Assembly: GCF_006345805.1 (NCBI RefSeq) | Contig: NC_042997.1 | Location: 180,854,001-180,918,000 of the forward strand | Direction of reading: 5' to 3' | DNA from: Octopus sinensis | Lineage: Eukaryota | Length of the DNA stretch: 64,000 nucleotides | Shown: piece after piece, positions 38,969-52,703 of the stretch | Position numbering within the stretch: position 1 is the first letter of the stretch | How the letters are laid out: every line of letters starts with the position of its first letter | Translations under genes and position numbers: made by a program | Notes under the pieces: model-generated | Told to the model about the DNA's origin: nothing | The model's database searches: none | Seen by the model: only the letters and a program-made list of their open reading frames with translations

Positions 38969-39988
38969 TCAAATGGACGGACGGACGGACGGATGGATGG
39001 ATGGATGGATGGATGGATGGATAGAAATGTATAATGTCTTGTTTGGTCATAGTTTATCCTGATTTCTATGGCATATTTCCGAATGAGAGTATAATACTTC
39101 ACACTACAGACGCTGAGTCAAAAACATCTCTATACAAAATGGGGTGATAACAACCTGGACCGTTGTTTGTCTTCTTAATCGGGATATGTCGAGAGTCAAG
39201 CAATAATAACCAACAGAGCGATGTGTATAAGAGATAGAAATGAAAAATTACGAACTGATGAGTCACATATAGTCGCTAGAGTTACGTCAACACTGATGCC
39301 GGCAGTCAGTGCAAGTGATTTCATTTGTGGAGACAGCTGTAATAATGTATTAGTCTTTAGATATTTCTCTTAGATGTAATATCTATGGCAGGCATGGGGA
39401 TTTCATCTGAACAGAACAAAGCATATATTTGTGAAATCAAAGATTTACCACTATTCATTAGCTTCTATAATCTTGAAATTTATCGATATTCACAAGTTCT
39501 TCTTAAGCATCTTAATCGTATGATCAGCAATTAGCGAACTAAACTTCCAATTTGAATATTACTTTGCATTTTATATCGCATTTGGTTAAAGGTTCTTAAA
39601 TCACTTTGAATTTCTGACAACGGGAGTTAAAGAAGGTTGTCTGAAACTCAGGGCTAAACAAATATCGACCTCGAAACCTTATAGCATATATTGCGAGTGC
39701 AAACAATTTATAATACTATTTTGAACGACAAAAGTAATGTGATCTGCTAGAAATAATAACCAAACTACTTTTAAATAATCCATTCTACTCTGGGTACAAG
39801 GTTATAAATTGCTCTTAGATAATATCGTATCATCATAAAAGAGATATTTACTAATATCTGGCGTAAAAACAAGTTGGTCACATGGCTAGAACATTATTTC
39901 TTATACGAATATTAAATCAGAGTGGAGCTGTGGCTAAAGGCTATAAACAACATTTCTCAAGGACCTTCAAATTTTGATCATGATGAAG

Positions 39989-40048
<60 letters not shown>

Positions 40049-40081
40049 TAATAATAATAAATAACATTTTTTTAAATAGTA

Positions 40082-40395
40082 AAGATCCCCTTCGATCATG
40101 AATGATCATGGGATAGCACGTAGTAAGTTCGCCTCCGAAGCATAAATCCGGGTAAGGTTGTTTATGAAAGACCAACAGTTGCCCATGCATACCAGCCTCT
40201 CCTCTACGATGTTATCCAAGGGAAGAAAAACAACCGATACTGCCTGGCACCAGTGACGTCGCAACTCATCTTCACAACTAACTGGAGCGACATGAAATAA
40301 AGTGTCTTGCTCAAGAACACAACGCACATCTCTGTCGGGAAACGAACTCACGACCTCGTGATTAGAAGTCTGATGCGCTAGCCACCGAGCCATGC
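40082..40395 (-). mobile_element. tRNA-derived SINE (family D-like head, different tail)
   Basis: Minus head catggctcggtggctagcgcatcagac...gagttcgtttc, ttgtgttcttgagcaagacactt core. Confidence 0.7.
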
Positions 40396-40489
40396 GATTT
40401 CGATATATGAGTGCATGAAGGAGAGGATTAAAATGAAATGAGAAAAGGAAAAATATAAAACAAAGAAAATACAGGTTTAAGAATAAAAG

Positions 40490-41640
40490 ACTAAATAATC
40501 TGCATCTGTTTGCGATGGATGTGTGAATGTACTTTGAGTTCAGGTATGGATTTTCCTATGAAGTTACACTGGGTACAATGATGATTTTGATTTTGCCTGG
40601 GATTGGGCAAATGTGTCTGTTGATTGCAGGATATAATTCTTTTATTGTACTGTTTCTTCAACTCTAAATACTTTTGACATATTTCATATTTTACAACATG
40701 CATGTCAATCTAGGTAATAACTTTTCCAAGATGTCAAATTAAGCTGTAGAGACTTTAGTGTTTGTTTTTACTTATCCTTATATCTAAGGATGGGCCTTCC
40801 TTTACTGCGGTGAACCTCTACTTGTTGGCCATACAAAAGGATTTTAGGAATGCATTACTCTTTCTTTCGAACAACACGGCTTACCCATCTGAACCGAATT
40901 CTCATCAGCATGTTTTTGATACTGAATTTATCACATTTTTCCTAAGATTTTGATATTTGGATATCTTATCTTGTCATTTTATGTTGCAGATATTGCGATA
41001 GACAACACATTTGAAAGGTTTCACGTCTGTAATAGGGAGTACATGCTTCTGCCCCATACAAGAGTATACGCAAAATACAAGGTTTGTATACACTTATTTT
41101 AGTTTTCAGACTGACATGTTCATCCCACAAACGATGGGGAACTTTTCCAAAAGCATTTTTGCCTTAGATATTCTAATATTGATTTCGTCATCAAGAGTAC
41201 TATTAAAGCTTTACTGTATTTCCAAAACATTTAAATGACCTAACCCATTTGAATGGCTTATTGTCAATCATCACATTTGAATCTTGAGTATGTTTTGCCC
41301 CAGGCTTTGGAATAAAACATCAGTGTTCATGATGCTTATAGTTAGTCTAAATAGGCGGCGAGCTGGCTGAAACGTTAGCACGCCGGGCGAAATGCGTAGC
41401 CGTATTTCGTCTGCGGTTACGTTCTGAGTTCAAATTCCGCCGAGGTCGACTTTGCCTCTCATCCTTTCGGGGTCGATAAATTAAGTACCAGTTACGCACT
41501 GGGGTCGATATAATCGACTTAATCCGCTTGTCTGTACTTGTTTGTCCCCTCTGTGTTTAGCCCCTTGTGGGTAGAAAAGAAATATATCGTCAGTCTAAAT
41601 GCACGAGCTACCGCAGCAAACCTGTCGAATGCTTCCGTAA
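40490..41640 (-). pseudogene. Old RTE-like LINE remnant with C-terminal C2H2, interrupted by a SINE
   Basis: EAFDRFAAVARAFRLT, VYKPCILRILLYG and CTQCNFIGKSIPELKVHSHIH. Confidence 0.55.
41352..41585 (+). mobile_element. tRNA-derived SINE family C with Nin-like central domain
   Basis: gagttcaaattc B box and gcctctcatcctttcggggtcgataaattaagtaccag. A second copy is at 47979. Confidence 0.8.
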
Positions 41641-42351
41641 AGAGACGATAAAAGTGATTTCACATTTCATACAATGTTATAAAATATTATGTATGATCGT
41701 GCATTCAAATTATGACATTCGAAGTTAATGAACTGTGGGAATATTAACACAAATTTCGAATATGTCAGTATGACTTTCTAATTTCTTCATCTAAATTATT
41801 ATCTTTATTATTCACTGTGCAGGGCTTATATTAAGCTTACTGGATCTTACCTGGGAGTCGTGAAGTACTCTCTTTAATATTAATCGAAGTCTTATGGATT
41901 TCCTTTTGATTTTAGAATTCTACGCTGCCCATGATCCTACGTGATGTGCTAATGAGCCGATACCCAAGATTGTAATTATCTATTCAATCCTTCTCTTGCT
42001 CTTCTCCTACCCCCAGTCTCTTGATCTCCCCCACCTCCAGTCTCTCGCTCCTTCTCTGTCTCTGTCTCTCTCTGTACTGTGAGTAGATATAGATTAAGGA
42101 AGCATATGTACTGACATGAATGATAATTTTCACAGCTTTTCTTTCTGCTGAAACTCTGTTTTTGTCAATCTTAGCGTATCGATAGCAAAATACCTATTCT
42201 AAGATTGTAAGATGTGAGTTTTGGTACAGTCGGTTACCGTTTCGAGTAGACTGGCCACGGCAGAGAGAAAGAAATTCCCTCGGCATTTTTTTCTTACTTC
42301 AATATTAAGGATGAATCATCACATTTTAAGAACCTACACACACAAACATAT

Positions 42352-42748
42352 TTACTCTCTCTCTTTTACTCTTTTACATGTTTCAGTCATTTGACTGCGG
42401 CCATGCTGGAGCACCGCCTTTAGTCGAGCAAATCGGCCCCGGGACTTATTCTTTGTAAGCCCAGTACTTATTCTATCGGTCTCTTTTGCCGAACCGCTAG
42501 GTGACGGTGACGTAAACACACCAGCATCAGTTGTCAAGCAATGCTAGGGGTACAAACACAGACACACAAACACATACATACATATACATATACATATATA
42601 CGACAGGCTTCTTTCAGTTTCCGTCTACCAAATCCACTCACAAGGCATTGGTCGGCCCGGGGCTATAGCAGAAGACACTTGCCCAAGATGCCACGCAGTG
42701 GGACTGAACCCGGAACCATGTGGCTGGTTAGCAAGCTACTTACCACAA
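42352..42748 (-). mobile_element. SINE family A
   Basis: Near full-length reverse complement of 1023-1420. Confidence 0.88.
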
Positions 42749-42820
42749 TGTCACTGTAGAATGTGTTTACGTTTACGTATGTAATTCGTATAAGCATTAA
42801 ACTCAATAGATACGCGAAAG

Positions 42821-42904
<84 letters not shown>

Positions 42905-42964
42905 TATATATGTATATGTATATGTATGTATATATGAATGTATGTATGTATGTCTCTCTCTCTG

Positions 42965-43004
<40 letters not shown>

Positions 43005-43171
43005 TATCTCTTATCTTTTACTTATTTCAGTCATTAGACTACAGCCATACTGGGGCACCACGTTGAAGAATCTTTAAGCCTCTTATTTATTCTATCGATC
43101 TTTGTTGCCGAACTACTAAGACAGCGGGGATGTAATCACATGAACACACAGACAGATGCGTACACGCACAC

Positions 43172-43278
<107 letters not shown>

Positions 43279-43454
43279 ACGTACTACGGTTGGCATTGTT
43301 ACTAATATCAAACTTGTGCAAATACACTTATACAGATGTTTGCCGTTCTTACACTTTGCATAGTTGTGCATGTTGCATACGTCTAGATGTATAACCTAGG
43401 TGTTTGTGTGTGTGTGGTGTGTGTGTGTTGTGTATGTGTGCGTGCGTGCGTGTG

Positions 43455-44205
43455 AGCCAGTGCTCTACCAACATGCTCCGGCAGAACATGGAGGCTCGAT
43501 TAATAGCATAGAATTTAAAGTTTTACTAACGCATAGAACTGACACGACTCTTATACTGATCACAGAGGCTACACACATAGCACTAGACAAACCGAGCCTC
43601 AATAGGAAGCACGAATCGAACAGTAACACCCACCACCACACCACATGACTAAAGACAGACAGAAGGAGAAGAGAGAGGGAAAAATAATTGATAAAACACA
43701 GATACAAACAGGGTAATGCACATACAATAGATATATATGCGCATACCTGTGATACATATAAGAAACAGAGATAGATAGCACTGTGGACGAACACACAAAC
43801 ACAGAGAGATACAGGAACTACTAAATTTTTGGGTTCTTGGGCAGCAGCAGGGTCAAGGAGGAGAGAATATCAGGCTGAGGAGGTCATACAGCTACTAAGA
43901 ACAATGACACACACAGGCATACACATCACACAAAAATACACACATGCACACACACCTACAAACATGGGCGCAAACGCATGCGCACATAAGAATACACATC
44001 ATGAAAGAGAAGTATGAAATAAGTGGAGCAACAGGACACACGAAGACAAGAACTGTCGCTGATGAGGTCACAGATGTGTGACGAAAGATTTCCGGATAAC
44101 GAACATGAGTTTCCGGACAAAGAACAGTAAAAAACGAGTTAAGAACAAATATATAGTGCGTGAGTTTATTTGGCAAAAGAAAAATAACCAATGCGAAATA
44201 CAACA
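43455..44205 (+). mobile_element. 5'-truncated Penelope-like element: GIY-YIG C-terminus, 3'UTR and HHR
   Basis: ORF end VLYQHAPAEHGGSINSIEFKVLLTHRTDTTLILITEATHIALDKPSLNRKHE matches the PLE GIY-YIG C-terminal pattern (H..EH...F.VL...EA.HI...KP.LN). HHR at 44056-44095. Confidence 0.72.
44056..44095 (+). ncRNA. Minimal type-I hammerhead ribozyme in the PLE 3' region
   Basis: tcg-CTGATGA-g-gtcaca(gatg)tgtgac-GAAAG-at-TTC-cgg. Confidence 0.68.
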
Positions 44206-44264
44206 GTATATATGTATATATATATGTGTGTGTGTGTATGTATGTGTGTGTGTGTGTGCGTGTG

Positions 44265-44465
44265 TGTGTGTGTTTGTCACGACCACCATCATTTGACAAC
44301 CGGTACTGGTCTGTTTACGTCCCCGTATACGACGGTTCGGCAAAGAGACCGATAGAGTAAGTATTGGGTTTAGAAATAATAAGTCCTGGGATCGATTAGT
44401 TTTGACTAAAGGCAATACTCCAGCAAGGCCGCAGTCAAATGACTGAAACAAGTAAAAGAATAAGA
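44265..44465 (+). mobile_element. SINE family A, 3' half
   Basis: Homologous to the family A tail. Confidence 0.78.
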
Positions 44466-44610
44466 ATATATATATATACCACCGTATACACTCTCACGCA
44501 CACGTACTCACACGCACATGCACGCACGTATATACATATGTATTCATACGTACACATATACATAAATATATACATACATATATATGTATATATATATATA
44601 TAATATATAT

Positions 44611-44672
<62 letters not shown>

Positions 44673-44676
<4 letters not shown>

Positions 44677-45074
44677 TCCGTAATAATGAAGGGTGAAATT
44701 AATTAATTTGGAATAATTATCAATTACACCAAGTAGTCTTCGGCATGTAAAAGCCTCATTCGAGGAAAATTTAAGTAATACTAAGCAATAAAGGGTTTAG
44801 CCACGAATTGCCTTACCACATACCGAATTTAGAAATAGCAGTCAAAGAGTTATAGCTATTTCTTCTACTAAAAGAGTTATAGCTATTTCTTCTACTAAAA
44901 GAGTTATAGCTATTTCTTCTACTAAAAGAGTTATAGCTATTTCTTCTACTAAAAGAGTTATAGCTATTTCCCCTTTTTAGTAGAAGAAATAGCTATAACT
45001 CTTTGACTGCTATTTCTAAATTCGGTATGTGGTAAGGCAATTCGTTGCTAAACCCTTTATTGCTTAGTATTACT
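44673..45074. repeat. Fold-back insert: 100-bp inverted arms (44774-44873 and 44975-45074) plus a 27-bp tandem repeat (4.6 copies, 44847-44970)
   Basis: Unit gagttatagctatttcttctactaaaa. Arms differ at one position. (TA)n flanks both sides. Confidence 0.85.
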
Positions 45075-45457
45075 ATATATATATATATATATACATATAC
45101 GTTCCTACCTTCGTAGCTACAAGTGTTACAGTTCTCTTTTTCTCCAAGTCATGTTATTTTAAGAGAAGGTTTAACCTTCGTAAACAAGTCCCAGATGTGA
45201 TAGTGAGTAGCTTTTCCAGCGAAGATACGCAAGTGACTGATGTACGTCTTCGTTTATATGCGTTCAAGTTTCAGATTTATGCAGGTGCATACATACTGTA
45301 GAGGTGAGGAATGATTCAGTTAAATAAAGGGAGTCGACCATATAATCTGTCCCGATATCAGGCGAGGCGCTAAGCAAGTGACGATAAGTAATATATACAT
45401 ACGCATGCACACACATGTACACATATGTATATGTGTGTCTATGTATGTGCTTTCATT

Positions 45458-45488
<31 letters not shown>

Positions 45489-45638
45489 TATTATATATAT
45501 ATATATATTATATATATATACATATATATATATACACACACATATATTATATATATAATATATATATATGTATATATACATATATATATACATATATATA
45601 TCACACACATATATATATATATAATATATATATATATG

Positions 45639-45685
<47 letters not shown>

Positions 45686-45735
45686 TATATAATATATATA
45701 TATGTTAATATATATATATATATATAATATATATA

Positions 45736-45816
<81 letters not shown>

Positions 45817-45938
45817 GGAGAGAGACAGACAGAAAGACAGCGAGAAAGAGAGAGGGAGAGCGATATACAGACAGACATTGATGGACAGATAGATAGATAG
45901 ATAGATAGATGGATAGATAGATAGATAGATAGATAGAT

Positions 45939-45983
<45 letters not shown>

Positions 45984-46023
45984 CCAGATAGGATGATAGA
46001 TAGATAGATAGATAGATCAGATG

Positions 46024-46096
<73 letters not shown>

Positions 46097-46109
46097 TTGA
46101 CTTAGTGTC

Positions 46110-46445
46110 TAGGCCCGGCTGTGTGGTAAGAAGTTTGCATCCCAACCTCACAGGAATGGGTTCAGGCCCACTGCGTGGCACATTATGCCAGTGTCTTCTA
46201 CTATAGCCTCGAAGAGACAAGGTCTTGTCGCTGAAATTGTCAAACAGAAACTGAAAGAAGCCTTTCGTATGTATGTCAGTGTGTGTTAGTGAGTGTTTGT
46301 GCCTGTCCTGCACCACCGCTTGAAAACCGGTACTGGTTTGCTTATGTCTCCAAAAGAAATTAATAGAATAAGTACTAGTCCTCAAAAAACATGAGTAAAC
46401 CTCTCAAGGCGGTGTCCCAGCATGTCGAATGACTGACACAAAAAG
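46110..46445 (+). mobile_element. SINE family A (diverged)
   Basis: Homologous to 1023-1420. Confidence 0.75.
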
Positions 46446-46819
46446 GTAGAAAAATGTATAAATGTATGATTCGACTCCTCAAGAAAGCAAGTGACTGAAA
46501 TTTGAAGTTAACAATTCCACAACCGCAACTATATGATTTTGTCTGTTACTAATAAAGTTATGTGCTTATTAGCTATATACTTCTACACGAGGTTCTCTCT
46601 CCATATGGATACTGTAGTTTCCTGGCTTTTTGCATTGCGTCCACGTTAAATAACATACACAGAACTCTATTTTGAACTAATCCGGAGTCTCTCGCTAATA
46701 ACGAATTTTTACTCTGTCTACCAGTTAACTGCGACACCAGTGATTAGTTAATCATTTTTTAAGTATCAATAGAGGGTGAATTTCTCTAAGCTTGTTATTG
46801 CTCTACTCTACTTGTTACT

Positions 46820-47000
46820 GCTCTTAACCACTACGCCATATGCTTGTGGGCATATGGCGTTGTGGTTAAGAGCGCGGGCAACTAACCCCAAGATTCTGAG
46901 TTCGATTCCAGGCAGTGACCTCAATAACAATAATAATAATAATAATATTAATAATAATAATAACAACAACAACATCAAAAATACCCCAGGAATAAGAACC
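46820..47000 (+). mobile_element. tRNA-HHR SINE 5' part, with a fold-back duplicate of the head
   Basis: Hairpin gctcttaaccactacgccatatgctt-GT-gggcatatggcgttgtggttaagagc, B box gagttcgattc, then (AAT)n. Confidence 0.72.
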
Positions 47001-47559
47001 ACCCACCCTTAGTGGTTAGCCATATTGAGATGGGAAGTATACCTCACATTGTAGTGCAGTTACTGTTTATACCTCGTTCAGAGATTTATCATTGTCTATT
47101 TATAATTTTAAATACAAATTTATCTAAACTCGTTTTAATTTACATAGCATAAGGGAGTATAAGCCAATTAATATCTATCGTTTTCCCCGTAATCTTACCA
47201 TATAACACAATTTTTTTTGCTGCTCGAGTGATGAATTCTATGTTTATGCTTATTTGTATTAAACATCTTATTATCTATGCTATACACGTTAGTCCCGCCG
47301 TTGGTGGTGCTACCACAAGGTTTCTGCTTATAATGCTATAAGTTATTGTTGTTGCCATCGTGATTAGTAATACTATTGTCATCAATCATGGCTCACTTTG
47401 TTCTCATCGTTTATTATTATTTTTATTGCTATTATTAGTTTTTATTATTGGTGTTGCAAGTTCCATTCTTGTTAGTGTTGGGGACTATAAGTTTCTGTAA
47501 TTTATTACTTAATTTAGGTATATATTTCTATATTCTTTATGATTGCCAATAATGTTATT

Positions 47560-47760
47560 AATCGAACTCGGAATCTTGAGGTTAGTTTCCCGCGCTCTTA
47601 ACCACTACGCCATATAGTCTTAGGAATGAGAACCCAGGTTCGAAATTTCCCCGAGACACCTGATAAAGGTTGGAGCGTATATCAGCCGAAACGTTGTGTT
47701 AACAACAAACAAGATGAGGACAAATATCAGTCAAATGTAAATAATGAAAATAATGTACAT
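47560..47760 (+). mobile_element. tRNA-HHR SINE: inverted head (47560-47615) joined to sense body with HHR (47655-47700, core G8>A)
   Basis: gacac-CTGATAA-a-ggttg..cagcc-GAAAC-GTT-gtgtt. Confidence 0.72.
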
Positions 47761-47978
47761 TATGATTTCTTCAAAACGTTATGGTATTTTCACTCCCTCT
47801 TTGTCAAAACCCATTGGAGTATACTGTTATTGGAATTTTTTTTAATTTTTACTTTTGTGTTACATATCCATCCTATATGCCCTATAGAAAAACTTAACCC
47901 ACCACTTACTATTTTAAGTTTAGTCATTTACTCAACGTACCAAAGCGACACATAAGCAAAATGGTATGATTTAAACAT

Positions 47979-48211
47979 AGGCGGCGAGCTGGCAGAAACG
48001 CTAGCATTCCGGGCGAAATGCTCAGCGGTATTTCGTCTGCCGCTACATTCTGAGTTGAAATTCCGCCGAGGTCGACTTTGCTTTTCATCCTTTCGGGGTC
48101 GATTAAATAAGTACCAGTTACGCACTGGGGTCGATGTAAGCGATTTAATACCTATGTCTGTCCTTGTTTGTCCCCTCTATGTTTAGCCCCTTGTGGGTAA
48201 TAAAGAAATAT
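47979..48211 (+). mobile_element. SINE family C (Nin-like) with TSD
   Basis: Homologous to 41352-41585. Flanking gtatgatttaaa(c/t)ata direct repeat. Confidence 0.82.
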
Positions 48212-48292
48212 GTATGATTTAAATATATCCAGCCTTTCGTTTTCCTCTCTAGGCTCTTCTTCCTTTCTTTTCTTTATGTATTTATTTTTCTT

Positions 48293-48409
48293 CATTCTGA
48301 TGAATCTCCATGTTCCAGATCGGTTCTATTACCAAATATGATGAATATTATTTTTAGAATATCAATGGCAATACCATATAACATTGGAAGCAGAAACAGC
48401 TGTTAGATG
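48293..48409 (+). ncRNA. Degenerate hammerhead with long stem-II loop
   Basis: catt-CTGATGA-atctccatgtt(...)aacattggaagca-GAAAC-AGCT-GTT-agatg. Same stem III palindrome as 37424-37435. Stem I and the base of stem II are imperfect. Confidence 0.45.
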
Positions 48410-48729
48410 GGATACAGTCTATTTGTATTGAATTTAGGAATAATAATTGATGTAAGTCAATTGGTATTGATCAATATTTCTCCATTTTCTATTTACTTTC
48501 TGTTGGATTCCTGATAAACTCATGTTTATCTTTGCTATTACCTGTAATCTATGCGTATGATATGCTTGCATATGGATGTCCGGGGTTAACATAGGTAATT
48601 ATAACGGTAGCATAACGGATACTTTTATACCTTAGACGGATATTCCAACCTCTAACTCTACTAACCTTATATATAAACATATATATGTGTGCGTGTTTGT
48701 GTGTGTTTCTGTATGTATATATATATTAT

Positions 48730-48773
<44 letters not shown>

Positions 48774-48835
48774 GTCTGTGTTTATGCATATGTTATGATA
48801 TATGTATATATGTATATATTTACATATATACATAC

Positions 48836-48876
<41 letters not shown>

Positions 48877-49138
48877 CTGGAGAGTCTACTAGAGCAGATG
48901 CAAGCGCTAGTATATGATTTGTAAAAACATGTGACATATTAATAAATATCCGTAAATATAAAACCAGCCCGATTTCTGAGTACCTTATTTCTTCTAATAT
49001 ATATAATACCTGTACATCATCTCCAAACCATCTAATATATATATATATGTATATATATATACGTATATATATGTGTGCGTGTGTATGTACATATATACAT
49101 ATGCGTGTGTGTGTGTGCGTTTATGCATATGCTATGTA

Positions 49139-49185
<47 letters not shown>

Positions 49186-49215
49186 ATATATATATGTATG
49201 TGTATATATGTATAT

Positions 49216-49248
<33 letters not shown>

Positions 49249-49282
49249 ATAGACAAATAGATAGATAGATAGATAGATAGAT

Positions 49283-49347
<65 letters not shown>

Positions 49348-50035
49348 AAGTTTACAGACAGATATACTGACTGCTAGTTAGACATGTGTACATACAGAGA
49401 CAGAAACAATTGGAAAAATAGACTGATAGACAACTATAGCGGCGTATATAGAGACGATATACTAGGGTACAGTCATACTAAGAGACCAAAAGTTAGTGCG
49501 ATAGCGCACATTATCCAATCACTAACCAGCAAGCGTATCGTAGCAACAGTAATTTTGACAACTATGCAAGCGGAGACAAATCGGAAAACGATTTACCTTC
49601 TTCAACACCAGCATACTAGTATGCAGACACTTCAACACCAGCATACTAATGTGAGAGAGACAATATATAAATAATATGTCTAACTGGACAAGAATATTTC
49701 TCCAGGCTATATAGTAGTAAATTTATTGCTTTTATATAGTATATTTTGGTAATTTAGAACATTTCCTGTATACAGTATTATATTCACACGTCCAGGATAC
49801 TTTCGTACATTCAGTGACAAAATTTATATTAAGCGTCTGTTTATATCTAACTTCATAGTTAATAAATAGCTTGGGTAAGTAATGCGTAAGCTATATCAAT
49901 TGCTCTATACATACTTACAGATATACACACGGGCATCTATATATATATTGGGTGCATAAGGTATTTGAGGACAGTAATATACTTACACAAAAATGACTCT
50001 TAGAAACAGACAATAATGCCTTTTTACTGAAAAAG

Positions 50036-50421
50036 AGGAGGTGCAATGGCCCAGTGGTTAGGGCAGCGGACTCGCGGTCGTAGGATCGCGGTTTCGATTC
50101 CCAGACCGGGCGCTGTGAGTGTTTATTGAGCGAAAACACCTAAAGCTCCACGAGGCTCCGGCAGGGATGGTGGTGATCCCTGCTGTATTCTTTCACCACA
50201 ACTTTCTCTCACTCTTACTTCCTGTTTCTGTTGTACCTGTTTTTCAAAGCGCCGGCCTCGTCACTCTCTGTGTCACGCTGAATATCTCCGAGAACTACGT
50301 TAAGGGTACACGTGTCTGTGGGGTGCTCAGCCACTTACACGTTAATTTCACGAGCAGGCTGTTCCGTTGATCGGATCAACCGGAACCCTCGTCGTCGTAA
50401 CCGACGGAGTGATTCCATCCA
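50036..50421 (+). mobile_element. SINE family B with TSD
   Basis: Near-identical to 5432-5823. The 13-bp TSD tttactgaaaaag is at 50023-50035 and 50422-50434. Confidence 0.9.
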
Positions 50422-50469
50422 TTTACTGAAAAAGGTTTTGAAGATAAGAACAAACATATTCGTTCGGAA

Positions 50470-51500
50470 TTTTATTTAATAAATTCTCCTTCAGCTCCAA
50501 TAACGGCTTCTTTGCGAGCTCTGAATCCCCTACATACTAGGATCAAGTTGTCTGTGTTCATATTGGACATTATTCTGACTGCTGAGGCTCTTCGGTATTC
50601 TTTGATGTTATGCGGGTGCTCATAACCCTCTTTCTTAACTACGCTCCATACATAGTAGCCCAATGGCTCTGGGGAACTAGGAGGCCAAATGTTAGGGGTT
50701 AAGTGGTCATGAAAATTTTCCGCCATCCATTCAAGCGTGCTGTAACCTTATATGATGATGCGTACATTATCGATCCATGGCTTAACCACTGTATTCAGAA
50801 TATCTATGTAGGAAGCAGACCTCGTGGAAAGAAGTGAGGAAGCATTATATATCCTTCATTGCTGAGAAACCCGCAAACCATAACAGTTGCAGGAAATTTT
50901 GTATGCATTACTCCTGGAACTTCCTAAGGGTCTGTACATAGGCCTATTGCTATTCTGTTTACTTACTGATCTTGATCAAAGATTTTCTCGATTGAGAATA
51001 ACCAAATGACATCTTTCTCTACTGGGTTTTTAAGTTTGTTCAGGAATCTTTTAGATCTGATTACGCCATTTTCCTTCACTATTTCTGACATGAAATGACC
51101 TTTGCTCATCGCATAATATTTGCATCTGATGACTTTGTGGACAACATTTTGGATTGTTTCTTCTGCAATCAAGCTCATGGATCTTCTGGGATTGTCATCA
51201 ATGGTCTGCTTTACTTGTTGAATAAATTCTGGTGTACTAATAGTACCAGTGCATCTACAATGTTTTTTACGTTTTGATATTGGCGATTCACTTCCGTCTT
51301 TAGCCTCTAACCCTTTACAAATTTTGTAGATGAAGGATCTGGCGACATTTAACATTCGTGCTATTTCTAAATTGCTATGTTCAGCCTTTATAGCCACGAT
51401 GAATGCGTGTCTCTTCATTTCTTGTGTAATCATGCGGCTGTCATTGATAATTCTGAAATATATATAATATTAAGTTGATAAATATGCTGCTACAATAAAA
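50470..51500 (-). pseudogene. Tc1/mariner superfamily (DD37D/maT-like) transposase remnant
   Basis: N-terminal HTH (KRHAFIVAIKAEHSNLEIARMLNVARSFIYK..DDNPRRSM) and catalytic-end WPPSSPEPLGYYVWSVV...EAVIGAEGEFIK. Confidence 0.75.
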
Positions 51501-51543
51501 CAACATATGTCCTAACGCACCCAGTATATATTATTTATGTGTA

Positions 51544-51614
<71 letters not shown>

Positions 51615-52084
51615 TATATATATGTATAAACATATATAAGAGAGAGAGAAACATAGACACACATATATATATTTAACACATATACATGTATATACATGAT
51701 ATAGATATACATATAAATATATGCGTGTATGTGTGTGTATATATCTATATATACGTACAACCATATATGTGAGCGCGCGTGACCTTTTTTGTGGGGTGTG
51801 TTTTGTGTGTGTGTGTTGTGTGTGTGTACTTGTGTGGGTGTGCACATGTAATTTATGCATTTTTTCTTTTATTTTTTCTTTCAGTCATTAAACTGCAGAC
51901 ATTCTGGGGTTCCACATTGTGGCCATTGACCCACTACAGATTTTTCTAAGCTTAGTATTTATTCTGCCGGTCTCTTGGCTGAACTGCTAAGTAACGGAGA
52001 CAAAATACGCAGCACCAGTTGCCAAGCTGTGACAAATGACATTCACAGACGACACAAAGTCACGCACGCTCACGCACGCTCACA

Positions 52085-52509
52085 CAGGCAACAAGACTCT
52101 GCGCCATGCCACACAAGCAGAAGAACCCAATCAAGACTATCAGACAATTTCTGCCACCACATCACCCCTAACATCTAGCCACCTAACTCCCCACACTGCA
52201 ACCCTGTTGATTATGTGTGGGGCCCAGTTGACTGAGAGACCAACAAAATTCCTTGATAAACTGAAGGCAAGTATTATGGCAGCATTCACTAACTTAAACA
52301 AGGAGAATGTCCAGAAGAGTTGCTGGAGATTCCGAAGTCGTCTGGAGGCCGTGGTTGAAGCCAATGGCAATTTTATTGAATAAATTTACTCTTTAGTATT
52401 TCAAAATATTCTTATGTAATTTTGGTAAATATATCTGTTAAAAATGAGATGTCAGTGTTATTTTCATTTTTGCGTAAGTTAGACGACAGTTTATTCACCG
52501 CACCCTGTA
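52085..52509 (+). pseudogene. DD37D/maT-like transposon 3' fragment with terminal repeat
   Basis: QQDSAPCHTS..HITPNI*PPNSP..NPVDY, FRSRLEAVVEANGNFIE. Ends caccgcaccctg|ta. Confidence 0.7.
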
Positions 52510-52655
52510 CATTCCACATTCTTTACTTCTCTGTGTTTCTCTGCCTGTCTTTGTCGGTATGTCTGCCTTTCTGTTTGTCTCTCTTTTTATATACACACAC
52601 ACACATACACAAACACACACTCACACATGCATATATATAATATAGATAGACAGAC

Positions 52656-52703
<48 letters not shown>

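Noticed and set aside
39255-39300. Isolated CTGATGA motifs (also near 34649 and 55605)
   Set aside because: No stem II or GAAA partner downstream.
44847-44970. 27-bp repeat as a CRISPR or iteron array
   Set aside because: No spacers; it is a direct tandem inside a fold-back insert.
48876-48945. CTGGAGA-gtctactag...ctagtata between TA tracts, a possible ancient HHR
   Set aside because: Both core halves are mutated; too degenerate to call.
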